DNA from: a virus | Length of the DNA stretch: 64,000 nucleotides | Reading direction: 5' to 3' (one strand) | Virus record (IMG/VR): IMGVR_UViG_3300032174_000004 | Location: 4,636 to 68,635 of that record | In this document: positions 26,122-36,665 of the stretch, in pieces | Position numbering within the stretch: the stretch's first letter is position 1 | How the letters are laid out: the number at the start of each line of letters is the position of its first letter | Translations under genes and position numbers: made by a program | The notes under the pieces: model-generated | The model's input: the letters and a program-made list of their open reading frames with translations, nothing else | Told to the model about the DNA's origin: nothing | Database searches by the model: none

Positions 26122-26558
26122 GTGTCAGTTCTTCTACGGTTATAAGGTTGCGACTCAAACCGCTGCTCAATGCGGTTCAACTGCGCCTTGATCGCGTTGA
26201 ATTCCCCCGGAATGTAAGGATCAATGAGTTCGTGCTTCCAGTCCCTCAACCGCTCTAACTCCGCCTCAAGATGGGTTAGCCGCTGTACGACAGCCACTTG
26301 CACGTCGATCTTTGTCTCAATGCGCTCAAGCCGCGCTGTGTTTTCAGTATGTAACGCAGCACGATCAGCGCGATTTTGGTCTTGGATCTCCTTCAATTCA
26401 GTTCGAGTAACGGCTTTTTCCTGAAGCTTAACGGCTTCTTCCTGAAGCTTGTCGAGCCGGTTATGAAGACGCACGCCGATAAATCCCAGTAGCGTGGTTA
26501 TGAGGGCCGTCAGCCATTGCATAATACTCCCAACAGAGAACACATCTGGCTCACTCAT
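26118..26558 (-). CDS. TM + coiled-coil lysis-associated protein
   Basis: Single N-terminal TM, coiled coil, upstream of endolysin. Confidence 0.65.
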   Translation of the reverse strand: MSEPDVFSVGSIMQWLTALITTLLGFIGVRLHNRLDKLQEEAVKLQEKAVTRTELKEIQDQNRADRAALHTENTARLERIETKIDVQVAVVQRLTHLEAELERLRDWKHELIDPYIPGEFNAIKAQLNRIEQRFESQPYNRRRTDT

Positions 26559-26576
26559 CGACCCTCCTGTGAGCGG

Positions 26577-29500
26577 TTAAGCAACATTTTCCTTGATTGT
26601 TTGGGCAAAGTAGTCGCGAGCCTGTCGGTCCGGCTCAAGAGGCAAAGAAGCAACGAGATCTGCCGTAGCAGGATAGCCTGCTTGGCGCATGGAGATAGAT
26701 GTCTTGCGTCGGGCGGCCGCCGCTTTCGCTTTGTCCTGCCCCACGGTCGCCTTGGTCTGGTTCATGCGCTTGACCGACTCGACATACTCCTTGGTGAGCT
26801 CGGCTGCAGTCGCTTTGTCACCCGACATCAGCGCTTTCTTGATCTTGTATTTCAGCTCACCAGTATATTTCTGGTCCTGCTCGAGACGATCGCGACGCTC
26901 AAGCTGCTCAGGCGAGGTGATATAGCCAGGCGCCGGTGTCACCCCAATCATGGGCAACGCCTTCTTTACTGACGCCCCAAACCCAGAAGGCTGCTCTGTC
27001 GCCTGCATCTGTTGGCGTCCCTGCAACGAGAAAGGCGTCATCTCATGCGCGGCAAACTGCGCCTGTTGCAGTTTCTGGTGCCAATAGCTGGCCTCAGGGT
27101 CGCTGATCGGGTTGCCGAAGAAGTCCTGGTTCGAGTACAGGTTGCCGATCAGACTGAAAATCGGGTTCAGCTTGTTGACGATGGTCTGTCCAGGCCGCTG
27201 CGAGTACTCGTAGACATCCTTCACGTAGGATGGTAGCGAGACGCGCTCCGGCGTCCCGTAGTTCGTCGTGCCACCCGTGCGGGGGAAGAAGTAATCCTTC
27301 AGCTCCTGCGGTCCTTGGCCAGTTGCCATGTACTGGTAGATGGCCGAGTACAACGCCGTCGTGCCAGCCATCGCCAGCACGTAAGGAATCCGGTGCCCCA
27401 AGTCATCAGCGCTCACCTTGCCCGTGCGAATAGCCTTGTCGACGGCTTTCACCATGTCGATGGGCGCGCCGCCGATTTCGCGAACGGTACCCACGTTCCA
27501 GCCCACCGCGCGTATCCCTAGATGCAGTGAGTCTTTCATGGTCCGGTTCCAGAAGAGGTTGTCGTACACCATCTCGCCCAACCGGTTGTCGACCGAGTCC
27601 CAGATTCGCTGCATCGCGGCCGCGCGATCGTTGGGGTCCTGAGTCGGGTTGCGCCGCAAGTGATCGGCCGCCAAGTCCGAGAACACCCCCAGCTTCTGCA
27701 TGGGGACGAGGTGCTCCATGATCCAGGAGGTGGAGGCGCGCACTACCCGCATTGCCATCTCCACTGGGACTTCCATTTTTGGGGTCGTCTTCCAGATCTC
27801 CTGCGTCTCCTTCCAGAGCTTGTTGGCGTACTCGATCGGGAAATGCCCTAGAGCTCGACCCAGGTTCTGGATCTTGTCCTGCGGCGCGGTGAGCGCTTGT
27901 CGAATGTCGTTAGCAAGCGAGCGAACACCAACGCCACGGAAAGGACTCACGCCCTCTGCCGCCTGGTAGTAGCGATCCATGTGCGCGCGACCGCCGGCCA
28001 TGGTGAGCATCTGGACCATCCGCTGCATGTCTGGGGTCGCGCCAGCCGGATTCGAGTAGGCCTGCAGCAGCTTATAGCCGCGGCGGACGTTCATGACCGC
28101 CCCGACTGGCGTAGCTCCCTCTACGAAGGAAGCCGCAGCCTTCCCGACCTCCCCATGGGCTAGCCGCTCGAGCGCCTGAGCGTTCTTCGAGATCATCGCA
28201 TCGAGTGTCGTGAACCCTAGGTGGAACGCTGAGAAGCCAAGCTGCATGGCATTTAGCGCGTTGGCGCCACGGCGGAATATCTGGGCAGGCGCGAAGTCTC
28301 GGAGGGCCGAGGCCGACACGTGGTTATTAATCACTCGTGCCGCATCGATCGGCATGATGTACTGACCGCGCTCGATGAAGCCGTTCTCCTCCTCCGACCA
28401 AGAACGGACTTTCGCAATGTTGTCGTTGATCGGACCCCAGCCATCTGGCATCGAGTGGCCAGCGGGTAGGAACTTGGCGAGGCCATCTTCCTTGAAGCGC
28501 CGCATGAGCGTGACGCCCGTCACGAAGCGCTGCATCTCGCGCGTCTTGAGCAGCGTCATGATGAGTGGGTTCGTGGTGAGCGGCGTGAGACCCGCGTCCA
28601 TACCTTCCTTGATACTAGGGATAGTTCGCATCTTCAGGAAGGATGCCGGCCCACGCAGAGGACGCCGGCCCATGATGGAGGCCACCATACGTTGCGCCTC
28701 ATCCGGGAAGCGCCAGTAGTGCGGGAAATAGTTCTCGATGAAGTTGTCGAGGTAGCCCTCGCCGAGGCCTTGTACCTTCCCGCGCCAGTCATCTAGCAGC
28801 TTGCGCATCGCATCCGCGACGGGCTGCATCTCAGGATTCGGCTGCTCTACCCCACGCTCGATCGCATCCATCATGGCAAGTTGCTCAGGGATAGGAGTCT
28901 TATCGATCTCCCGTGAGAAGCGCTCTAGCGCTTCCTGCGTTTGTACCGTCTCGTGAGCAAGCTTGCCGAGAGCCTCTCGAGCGATTTGCGCGACTTGGCG
29001 TGACTCAGCGCTCATGCCTACTGGGTTGATCAGCTTGCGGAGATCGCGAACGCCTTTCGCTTCCGCAACGGCAGAGACTGCTCGACGAACGATCGGATAT
29101 GCTCCGGGCTCGCGCTGCTCTTCAAGAGGCAATTCCTGCTGGCGCCGAGAGAACATCGGAAAGCCCTGGCTGAGGGCTGCTTGGCGAAGAGGTTCGGTAA
29201 TGTCAAAGCCGTGTACGGGGATCGCTGTATCTGAAGGAGCGTTCGGCGATAGCGCCGCTTCGGTGGGATCAGGCCCTATTACCTCAGTACGCCCTACCTT
29301 CGCGCCGTACTTCTTGATGAGCTTGTCGGTCTCGCGGGGGAGGATAGAGTCATAAAACCCTTTCATGCCAGACCCCCCGACATGGAGGTCCAAGCCAGAT
29401 AAACTGCGTTCTGGAAACTTCTCGTTAGGATAGATCGAGGTGATCTGACCCTCACCTCTCTCCATCTTTTCCGCGAGTTCCTGCCCTACATACTCTCCAA

Positions 29501-32500
29501 CCTGCTCCTTAGTCATTCCCTTATTTTGCAGATCTGGTGCAGCAGACTGCCCATTTCTCTCCGCATATAACCAGTACTTGCCGTCTTCATCGCGCGAATA
29601 GACGATGCGATCGATATGCTGCGCGAGGTTATATCGGTCTGCCTGCTGATCTCCGGTAGTCCAGGAGATGCGATCGAATCCGTTCTCCGCCGCGTGCCTG
29701 ATCATTCGCTTCATGGCCAACATCGGCCAGGAGGTTTTGAAGGGAGCGGACGGTACCCCGACTTCACCCTCAGTAAGCGCCTTTATTTCGTTTTGTGCAT
29801 CCACCCATTCTTGCTTTTGCTCAGCAGTGACTGACTTGCCATGAAAGTCCCAGAGAAGTGCCTGTATTTCGTCACGCCGCTTTACCAGCTCCGCAAGGCG
29901 CGCTTCCTTCTCTGGCCGGTATCCCTGCTTGCGGCCTACCTGATGCCAGTCCGATTGAATCTCTTCGAGGTGTAGAACCTTCTTCCCTTCAGAGTCGGTG
30001 CGCTCGTTGAAGCGGACGTGGGCGAGGATGTTGGGCTCGCGCCAGTGCCCAGATTTATAGATAGGCTGGAGTGCACCATGATGCTGGGTGGGCAATTGCA
30101 GTAAAAGCTCGCGGTAGTTCCCCCCGCCAGGTAGCGTGTACTCACCGTACTGCGTTCCGTCATTCTCAAGGTGAGTCCAGCCTTCCGGGCCTGCTGCACG
30201 CCGAGTGCGCTCATCTCCCACGCGAGTAGAGATGTTGTTTAGCTCCTCGACATCGGAGCGAAGAGAATCTGGTAGCCGCTCCATATCGTCCGTGTTATAG
30301 CTATAGTGACGCGATTCAATGCCGTCACCGTCCTCTCCACGTACTCCGATGTGATCTAAATATCCCTCATCAGTGAATGTGATTTGATGGCCTTGCGCTC
30401 GGAGCTTTTCAGCTAGTTGTATCTGGGCGCGCTCGTCTTCTGTTTGTTCAGCAGAATCGATGCGTTCCCCATGAACCGTTTCCTGCAGCTCAAGCCGATT
30501 CGCGCGCACGTAGTCAGCGAGTTCTTCCTTGGTGACTGGACCTTTATGGTCCTTTAGCCAGTGGTCTAAATTTAGCCACTCAAGTTCCTCAGGCTTGACT
30601 CCAGACTGCTTCTTGAGAGTTGCTAGCCATTGTTCAGCGGAGGCCTTCCCCTGCTTGCTCTCACTGATGGCGCGCTCAACGGGCGAGTAGAACATCGGCG
30701 CGCGCTGGGAGCGTGGGGGTTCGCCAGGAAGCGTTCCAGCGGTCCCACCCTCAAGCGCAGTGCGCGCCTGCTGGATCAGTCCCGCGATCGCCTTGTCATC
30801 GTAGAAGGGTTTCCCCCTCATCTTAGAGAAGAATGCCTTCACGGCGCGGACAGCGCGCTTCCAGTACGGAAGGACTGGCTTGTCGATGGGCTGGCCGGAG
30901 AGATGCTGACCGGCCGCATAGGCAATCACTTCCTCTGCAGCAGCGCGGCGTTGGTCAACGTCACTGACATCGAGCCCGTTCCTCTGGGCCGCCGCCTGCA
31001 CCCGCTCCGGCATATCTCGGTTGATCCCATCCATGACTGCGTTATATGTTGGCCTATCCATCGCCAGTCGGAGACCGTGATGACCCACCGCCTCGTGCCA
31101 GAGATTCTCGCGCACCTCACGCTCACTCCCGTTGTTGCCGGCAATGAGATGGATGCGATCTGCGCCCGGATCGTAGACGGCGCCTGTCAGGCGTTCCGCG
31201 CCCTGCTGTTCAACGAGGCTCTTGATAGATTGTGGAAGAGTGGACACATCTTGGTGCACCTCGACGTGCGGAAAACCGGCGACGAGGTTAGCTTCTCGTA
31301 TCGTTTGGTGAACGATGCGCTGGACGTGAGCCAGCGGGAGGCCTGACGTCGTCCCCTCGGTCCTACGGTACTTCGATTCCTTTCCCCATTTGTCAACGAG
31401 GAGCACCGACTTGGGCTGGCCAGGTCCCTCGCTAAGACGTACTGCCTGTTTACCGGCTGCTCGAGCTTCATCGACCGCTTTGTCTACTGCGTCTGGATTT
31501 CCGGCATATACATCTTGGGCCGGCTCGTAGATATCGTCGGAAGCTAGCTTGAGCCGCTTTATCTCATGGTCTTGACCAGACTGAGTGAATTGGCGCGCGA
31601 ACTCCTTCTCTGGTGTATAGAAGCCGCCACCAGCGTTGCGAACATTTTCCCCGCGGTAAAGCGTCTCAGTCTTACGGTGGGAAAACTTCGGCTCTACTTC
31701 CTTTTCGGAGCCGGCGGGAGGGTGACCTTGGTTATCTTGCCGCCCTGCTTCGCGAGCTCGGATAGCCGATCCGGGAGGCGCCTGGCCGCGCGCAGCGCGC
31801 TCTCCTTGGGCTTCTCTTCTCGCTTTGTGGGCACTGAGGGCGGCATCGGCTTCTTGAGCGTTCTTACCTACGCCGTAGGATACTCCGAATCCCTTCAGTT
31901 CAACGACTCGGCCGTCAGGCATCGTCACTTCGATCTGTGCGCCCTTCAGGTGCTCCTGAATGCGGCTCATCAGCTCGTGCGCTTCCGTCTCAGTATGGGT
32001 CTGCGCGGCGAACTCATCCCCTGAGATGTGGTAGGCCTCGTCGGTATGGCGCGCGAGCGCGGTCCCAATGGCTTTCAGCAGCATGTCCCCCGACTCATGG
32101 CCCATCTCATCGTTGACCCATTTCAGCGAGTCAACGTCGATCGCCACCTGGTGGGGAAGCTTCTCGGCTTCCTGATAGGCCCGACGGTTTGGGATGCCAG
32201 TGAGCTCGTGGGTCAGCAGCGCAGCGCGCAATTGATCTGGGGTCATCTCTTTGACCCGACCTCGAAGCGCCGTATCTACGCGCCGGTCAACGCGTTCCGC
32301 TCCAGGAACTGCGCGGTTTGTGTTTCCTGAATCCAGCCACTCCTTGAACTTCTCAGTAGGCATCTCGGCGATTGAGCCCAAGCCCCGCCACCCCTTCGGG
32401 TAATTTGCGCGATAGACCGCCTCGGCTTCCTGTTGAGAGTCAGCACCCAGAACTGATTTGTGCTCGTCCAGCTTGCCCGTAGCTGGATCGATTTGATTGA

Positions 32501-34898
32501 TGACGAAGACTTTACCGGTATCTGGCTTGCCAGTGAGAAAAGCATCCACTGCATCCCCATCCTTGCCCTCAGTCCCCTTCACATAGCCATACGTGTGGGA
32601 CATTTCCCTGGACCATGGCTTGCCATCCGGGCCAATACCTGAGCGCGTAGAGCCTTTGGGGTTCTCGATCGCGACCTTCATTCCCGCGAAATCGACAACG
32701 CCCTTTTTGTACGTCCCGGCTTGCTTCTGCCCTTCGGTGGGCGCCGTATTGGTCTGCGCCTCAGCGCGCGCTAGGGCTTCTTGGAAGCTTTCTTCTTGGC
32801 CTTGCGGTGCGCCTTGAGCCTTTGCAGGTTCTTCAGTACCGCCGCCTGGAGTTTGCTGTTTTTCGGATCCACGGGCGATTATGGACTCAAGCTCACCGCG
32901 AACGCGAGCGATCGTCTCTGGGTGATCGTCATTCCAGCTATCGAGCGTCTGGACGGTTGCCGCGCGATCGTGATCGCTTGCCCGGCTCGCCAGCAAGGTG
33001 AGATCTAGCGCCCCTTCTGGCTGCTTATCCAGATCCGGTACCGCTTCCCGCAGCTCCGCATGCCTTTGGTTCATGGCGGTGCGCTCGTCGTGCACCTGCG
33101 TCATGAAGTCGATCATCGACTGCTCACGGGCCTTGAGCGGCTGCCCAGCGAGCGCCTTGTCGACCGCATCGTGCACCTGGCTCTCCGTAAGCCCCTTCGG
33201 GCGATCTGGCCACCAGTCGGCGCGTGGGAGCCACTTGGTGCGGCCTACCACCTCATCCGTGGTGGCGTCGCGGATGACCCGGCCCCCTTCCTCCGCCCAT
33301 CCAGTCTCATCCTTCATGGCGGTTAGGCCATCTCGGAGGTCCTGGTCGGTAGCGAGACGGTGCTCTGGAGTGCCGTCTTGAGGGCCCTGTGGATGCACCA
33401 CGCCGTCACTGACTTCCTGGTTCAGCTGTGTTAAGCGACGCCGGCCAGCGGGGAGGAAGATCGGCTCATTCAAGTCATTGCGCTTGATCAGCCCCAGCTT
33501 CTCCAGCATGTCGGCTTGCGGAGGGGTAATCGACTTATCCTTCAAGGCTAGTAGCGCGGCATGCTCGGCAGAACTTGGTTGCGACCCTTGGGAGCTGCTG
33601 GTAGCAGCTTCGGGCGCTTCGGAAGATTTCTCGGCGCTTTCAGTAGGTTGAGTCTCAGTCGAGGTGGGGTGGACAGTGGTAGCACCTTCACCTGCCTCAG
33701 TGTGTGTCTGTAGCACAGTTGGCTTCGGCGTCCGCGACGTTGCCGCATGGAAGGCTCCCATTGGGGCTCCTACCACGCTTCCGACCAGCCCCGACCACGC
33801 GACCTGCTTGAGCGCCTCATCGAGCGGCAAATGCTGGTTGAGCACCCCTGCATCGATCCCCTGCTGGAGAGCATTCACCACACTTTGTGTAACGCCCTGA
33901 GCCGCCGCAGTGCCGGCGACTTTGCCCACTCCAGTCTGTGCGAGCTTGTCACCCACCACACCGCCGATGATTTTGTTGGCAAGAGGCGTGTTCTCAACGA
34001 TCTTGAGGACTGGAACCTCCGGTACGCTCGAGGCGAGGGTAGACAGCACTGCGTAGGTGCTCGCTGTATCGTGATCTAGTCCCTTATTACGTGCCGCCGC
34101 GTACTCATTCGGCGCGATATCTGCGGCCATGACGGCGGCACCACCGACGCCCCCTGTTGCTACTGTCGCACCGACCCCAGCCAAGATGTCTGGCGACATG
34201 GTTGCGGCATCAAATACGAGCGCCTTGAGCGAATGGTCATCCATGTGCGGCGCGTAAATCTCCTGGACCTGCTGCGCCGTGAGTCGCCGCTTCGTGCCAG
34301 CCTCCATCTGCGCGCTGCCAGTCTGTAGCCGATCGCGCTGCTTCGACTTGAATTGCTCAAGCTGCTCCTGGGACTGATTCACGTATGTTGGCCAGTCGCG
34401 AGTAAACGTGTCCGGCCGAATCCCAAGGTGCTCAGCGGCGCTTTGGACCTCCGGCATATCAGTCAGCGCCGCCCCTTGCTTCTGAGCGTCTCGGACCGCT
34501 TGTGGGAGCACGGTGGCCTGCCAGAACTTCTTGCGGGCGTCATCGTAGGCGCTGTGGCCTAGGTACTCCTGAGCCCCCGCGATCTTCGTCTCAATGCCAG
34601 CACCGATGGCAGTCGGGATCCCGCGGGCCACATCGCTCCAGGAAGCCGGTGGATATTCCCGCTTGGCACTGACCGTGACCTCAGGCATCTGCGCCTGGTC
34701 GGTGACGTCCTGCATGCGGGAAGCCGTCGTGTCCGCCGCAGACGGGCTATCCATCTGGTCCAATGGATTCCCAGCTGGATGGTCGTCGAGGTCGTCTAGC
34801 GGATTCCGTTGAGGTGTAGGCGCGCTCGCCAGCGCCGACATAGGAAGTGCAGGGGCGCTTGCTGCGTCATCAAGGGCGTCAAGTGGATTCGCTGCCAT
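26577..34898 (-). CDS. Giant polyvalent ejection protein (InPase, GGDEF, ART-like, metallopeptidase, LPD-type domains)
   Basis: IENPKGS.RSG...YGY..GTEGKDGDAVD; ELTGIPNRR...IDVDSLKWVND.MGH.SGD...SGDEF; LYRGE...FYTP...ARQF; HEAVGH; EEIQSDWHQ; last gene of the ejection-protein series. Confidence 0.85.
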   Translation of the reverse strand: MAANPLDALDDAASAPALPMSALASAPTPQRNPLDDLDDHPAGNPLDQMDSPSAADTTASRMQDVTDQAQMPEVTVSAKREYPPASWSDVARGIPTAIGAGIETKIAGAQEYLGHSAYDDARKKFWQATVLPQAVRDAQKQGAALTDMPEVQSAAEHLGIRPDTFTRDWPTYVNQSQEQLEQFKSKQRDRLQTGSAQMEAGTKRRLTAQQVQEIYAPHMDDHSLKALVFDAATMSPDILAGVGATVATGGVGGAAVMAADIAPNEYAAARNKGLDHDTASTYAVLSTLASSVPEVPVLKIVENTPLANKIIGGVVGDKLAQTGVGKVAGTAAAQGVTQSVVNALQQGIDAGVLNQHLPLDEALKQVAWSGLVGSVVGAPMGAFHAATSRTPKPTVLQTHTEAGEGATTVHPTSTETQPTESAEKSSEAPEAATSSSQGSQPSSAEHAALLALKDKSITPPQADMLEKLGLIKRNDLNEPIFLPAGRRRLTQLNQEVSDGVVHPQGPQDGTPEHRLATDQDLRDGLTAMKDETGWAEEGGRVIRDATTDEVVGRTKWLPRADWWPDRPKGLTESQVHDAVDKALAGQPLKAREQSMIDFMTQVHDERTAMNQRHAELREAVPDLDKQPEGALDLTLLASRASDHDRAATVQTLDSWNDDHPETIARVRGELESIIARGSEKQQTPGGGTEEPAKAQGAPQGQEESFQEALARAEAQTNTAPTEGQKQAGTYKKGVVDFAGMKVAIENPKGSTRSGIGPDGKPWSREMSHTYGYVKGTEGKDGDAVDAFLTGKPDTGKVFVINQIDPATGKLDEHKSVLGADSQQEAEAVYRANYPKGWRGLGSIAEMPTEKFKEWLDSGNTNRAVPGAERVDRRVDTALRGRVKEMTPDQLRAALLTHELTGIPNRRAYQEAEKLPHQVAIDVDSLKWVNDEMGHESGDMLLKAIGTALARHTDEAYHISGDEFAAQTHTETEAHELMSRIQEHLKGAQIEVTMPDGRVVELKGFGVSYGVGKNAQEADAALSAHKARREAQGERAARGQAPPGSAIRAREAGRQDNQGHPPAGSEKEVEPKFSHRKTETLYRGENVRNAGGGFYTPEKEFARQFTQSGQDHEIKRLKLASDDIYEPAQDVYAGNPDAVDKAVDEARAAGKQAVRLSEGPGQPKSVLLVDKWGKESKYRRTEGTTSGLPLAHVQRIVHQTIREANLVAGFPHVEVHQDVSTLPQSIKSLVEQQGAERLTGAVYDPGADRIHLIAGNNGSEREVRENLWHEAVGHHGLRLAMDRPTYNAVMDGINRDMPERVQAAAQRNGLDVSDVDQRRAAAEEVIAYAAGQHLSGQPIDKPVLPYWKRAVRAVKAFFSKMRGKPFYDDKAIAGLIQQARTALEGGTAGTLPGEPPRSQRAPMFYSPVERAISESKQGKASAEQWLATLKKQSGVKPEELEWLNLDHWLKDHKGPVTKEELADYVRANRLELQETVHGERIDSAEQTEDERAQIQLAEKLRAQGHQITFTDEGYLDHIGVRGEDGDGIESRHYSYNTDDMERLPDSLRSDVEELNNISTRVGDERTRRAAGPEGWTHLENDGTQYGEYTLPGGGNYRELLLQLPTQHHGALQPIYKSGHWREPNILAHVRFNERTDSEGKKVLHLEEIQSDWHQVGRKQGYRPEKEARLAELVKRRDEIQALLWDFHGKSVTAEQKQEWVDAQNEIKALTEGEVGVPSAPFKTSWPMLAMKRMIRHAAENGFDRISWTTGDQQADRYNLAQHIDRIVYSRDEDGKYWLYAERNGQSAAPDLQNKGMTKEQVGEYVGQELAEKMERGEGQITSIYPNEKFPERSLSGLDLHVGGSGMKGFYDSILPRETDKLIKKYGAKVGRTEVIGPDPTEAALSPNAPSDTAIPVHGFDITEPLRQAALSQGFPMFSRRQQELPLEEQREPGAYPIVRRAVSAVAEAKGVRDLRKLINPVGMSAESRQVAQIAREALGKLAHETVQTQEALERFSREIDKTPIPEQLAMMDAIERGVEQPNPEMQPVADAMRKLLDDWRGKVQGLGEGYLDNFIENYFPHYWRFPDEAQRMVASIMGRRPLRGPASFLKMRTIPSIKEGMDAGLTPLTTNPLIMTLLKTREMQRFVTGVTLMRRFKEDGLAKFLPAGHSMPDGWGPINDNIAKVRSWSEEENGFIERGQYIMPIDAARVINNHVSASALRDFAPAQIFRRGANALNAMQLGFSAFHLGFTTLDAMISKNAQALERLAHGEVGKAAASFVEGATPVGAVMNVRRGYKLLQAYSNPAGATPDMQRMVQMLTMAGGRAHMDRYYQAAEGVSPFRGVGVRSLANDIRQALTAPQDKIQNLGRALGHFPIEYANKLWKETQEIWKTTPKMEVPVEMAMRVVRASTSWIMEHLVPMQKLGVFSDLAADHLRRNPTQDPNDRAAAMQRIWDSVDNRLGEMVYDNLFWNRTMKDSLHLGIRAVGWNVGTVREIGGAPIDMVKAVDKAIRTGKVSADDLGHRIPYVLAMAGTTALYSAIYQYMATGQGPQELKDYFFPRTGGTTNYGTPERVSLPSYVKDVYEYSQRPGQTIVNKLNPIFSLIGNLYSNQDFFGNPISDPEASYWHQKLQQAQFAAHEMTPFSLQGRQQMQATEQPSGFGASVKKALPMIGVTPAPGYITSPEQLERRDRLEQDQKYTGELKYKIKKALMSGDKATAAELTKEYVESVKRMNQTKATVGQDKAKAAAARRKTSISMRQAGYPATADLVASLPLEPDRQARDYFAQTIKENVA

Positions 34899-34901
34899 AC
34901 A

Positions 34902-36353
34902 TCAGCGGGCCAACGCGCTCTGCGGTTGAGCGAACTGCTGATATTCGCGAGGCAGATAGCCAAACTTAGCTAGGAAGTAGGGCGCGATCTGCTGCGGGTT
35001 CTTCTGGAGCGCGTCCAGCTGAGCGGCATTGGGCCCCCGCGTCATTCCAGATGGCGGCTGCGTCGGGACAGCCCCTGTTCCACGTGGAACAGCTGAGGCT
35101 GTGGGACGGGCGCCAGGGTTTGGAGGGGTCTCAAGCGCCGAGCGTGGCGCAGGCGGTACGGGAGTGGCTGGGCCCCCACGCTGCATGCGGTTGTACTCGC
35201 TCTCTGCGTAGTCGTCATGGTGCTTCTGCACTTCCTCCGGTGTCATCCCCATCCACGAGGTGGGATTCGCCCGGATGAAAGAATCCGCCGACTTCTCCGC
35301 CATTTGACGACGTTGGGCGTCAGAAAGCTGGTACGTGCGGGGATTAGCGGCGTACTTGAGCGCTTCTTGCTGGACATTCTGCAGATCTTGGCCAGTTAGC
35401 GGCTGGCCATTCGCGTCCTTGCCATTGGTGGACATGTACAGGTTGTAATTCGCCTGTGCGGCCGTCTGTTTGCCACCTCCTGAGCCGCCGCCTGGAGCGG
35501 CCTTGATGGGGGTCCCGTCCTTACCAAGTTGCACGACCGACCCGCTACCTGTCACCCCGTAGATCGATCCGTCATCCCCCGTGACTGTGCGCTTGACCTG
35601 GCCAGCGAGCATGGAGGCGCGCTTATTCGCCCCCGCCTGCTGGGTATCCACCCGCTGCTGAGCGGCCGTATTGCGGCTCTCTGTACGGGCACCAGCTCCT
35701 TGCTGCTGCAACTCCGTACGCCCCAGCATGGCGTCCTGCTGCTGGAAGGCGCGGATATCGCGACCCTCCTCGAGCGCTGAGCGTGAGGCCAGCTGCGCCT
35801 TCTCCTTCCCCTGCGCAATCGTGAGCTGGTTGCGCATCTGGGCGTAGCGCCCGGCCTGCGCCTGCTTCTGCGCCATGAGGTCCTTGGCGCTCTGCAGTGT
35901 CTCCGTGCCCGACTCTCCTATGGCGGCGCCCACTGAGGGGGTCACCTGACCATACTGGGAGCGCGAGTGCGACATCATGCGCAGCCCGAACTCCATGAGC
36001 AGCATCCCTTTCTCTTTCTGAGAAAGGTTGGTCTGCGGCTGGCCGCCCAGCTGATCCATCATCTTTTGGTAGCTCGAGTCGATGCTCTCGTTGGCGGACT
36101 TCAAGTGATCGCGCAGTTCCTGCAGCGTTTCCTTCTGCGTTTGATCGTGCTGCTGCTGCCATAGCTGTCGGAAACTCAGGCCATTGCCTGCCTGCTGATC
36201 CCCCTGTGCACCCATGAGCGCGCTGGGAGGTGGCGGGGGAGCTTGCCCTTGGTAGAGATCCGGCCCCAAGTCGCTCGCCTGGCTGTTATCGGTTGGATCC
36301 GGCTGCGGGGCTCCAGCCAGTTGCGACTGCATCTGATCGGCAGGCGTACTCAT
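34902..36353 (-). CDS. Internal virion / ejection protein
   Basis: Q/A-rich helical protein between pilot and giant protein. Confidence 0.7.
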   Translation of the reverse strand: MSTPADQMQSQLAGAPQPDPTDNSQASDLGPDLYQGQAPPPPPSALMGAQGDQQAGNGLSFRQLWQQQHDQTQKETLQELRDHLKSANESIDSSYQKMMDQLGGQPQTNLSQKEKGMLLMEFGLRMMSHSRSQYGQVTPSVGAAIGESGTETLQSAKDLMAQKQAQAGRYAQMRNQLTIAQGKEKAQLASRSALEEGRDIRAFQQQDAMLGRTELQQQGAGARTESRNTAAQQRVDTQQAGANKRASMLAGQVKRTVTGDDGSIYGVTGSGSVVQLGKDGTPIKAAPGGGSGGGKQTAAQANYNLYMSTNGKDANGQPLTGQDLQNVQQEALKYAANPRTYQLSDAQRRQMAEKSADSFIRANPTSWMGMTPEEVQKHHDDYAESEYNRMQRGGPATPVPPAPRSALETPPNPGARPTASAVPRGTGAVPTQPPSGMTRGPNAAQLDALQKNPQQIAPYFLAKFGYLPREYQQFAQPQSALAR

Positions 36354-36664
36354 TTGGGCTCCTGGTACTTCATGCCACCCTTCGCCTTACCGCCGGTGAA
36401 GTAGACCCCCGCCACCTGTGCAGCTGCCGAGAGCAGATGCTTCACTGCGAAATGGGGAATCTTCTGGTGAGCGGCCGGAGCAGGCCCCTGCAAGGCGCTA
36501 CGCGGCGGACCAGCGGCGCCTGCCGGCGCTGCGGGGCCTGGCGGTCGCCCCTGATTCGGGTCCCCAGCCAGCATCGAGTGCAGCCGCGCCCCGTAGTTCT
36601 GCATGTACTGATCCAGCGGGCTAGGCGCCGGCTGCTGTCCAGGAACGGTTGGAGTAGGCGCCAT
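36350..36664 (-). CDS. Small Pro-rich protein
   Basis: Operon packing. Confidence 0.6.
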   Translation of the reverse strand: MAPTPTVPGQQPAPSPLDQYMQNYGARLHSMLAGDPNQGRPPGPAAPAGAAGPPRSALQGPAPAAHQKIPHFAVKHLLSAAAQVAGVYFTGGKAKGGMKYQEPK

Positions 36665-36665
36665 G

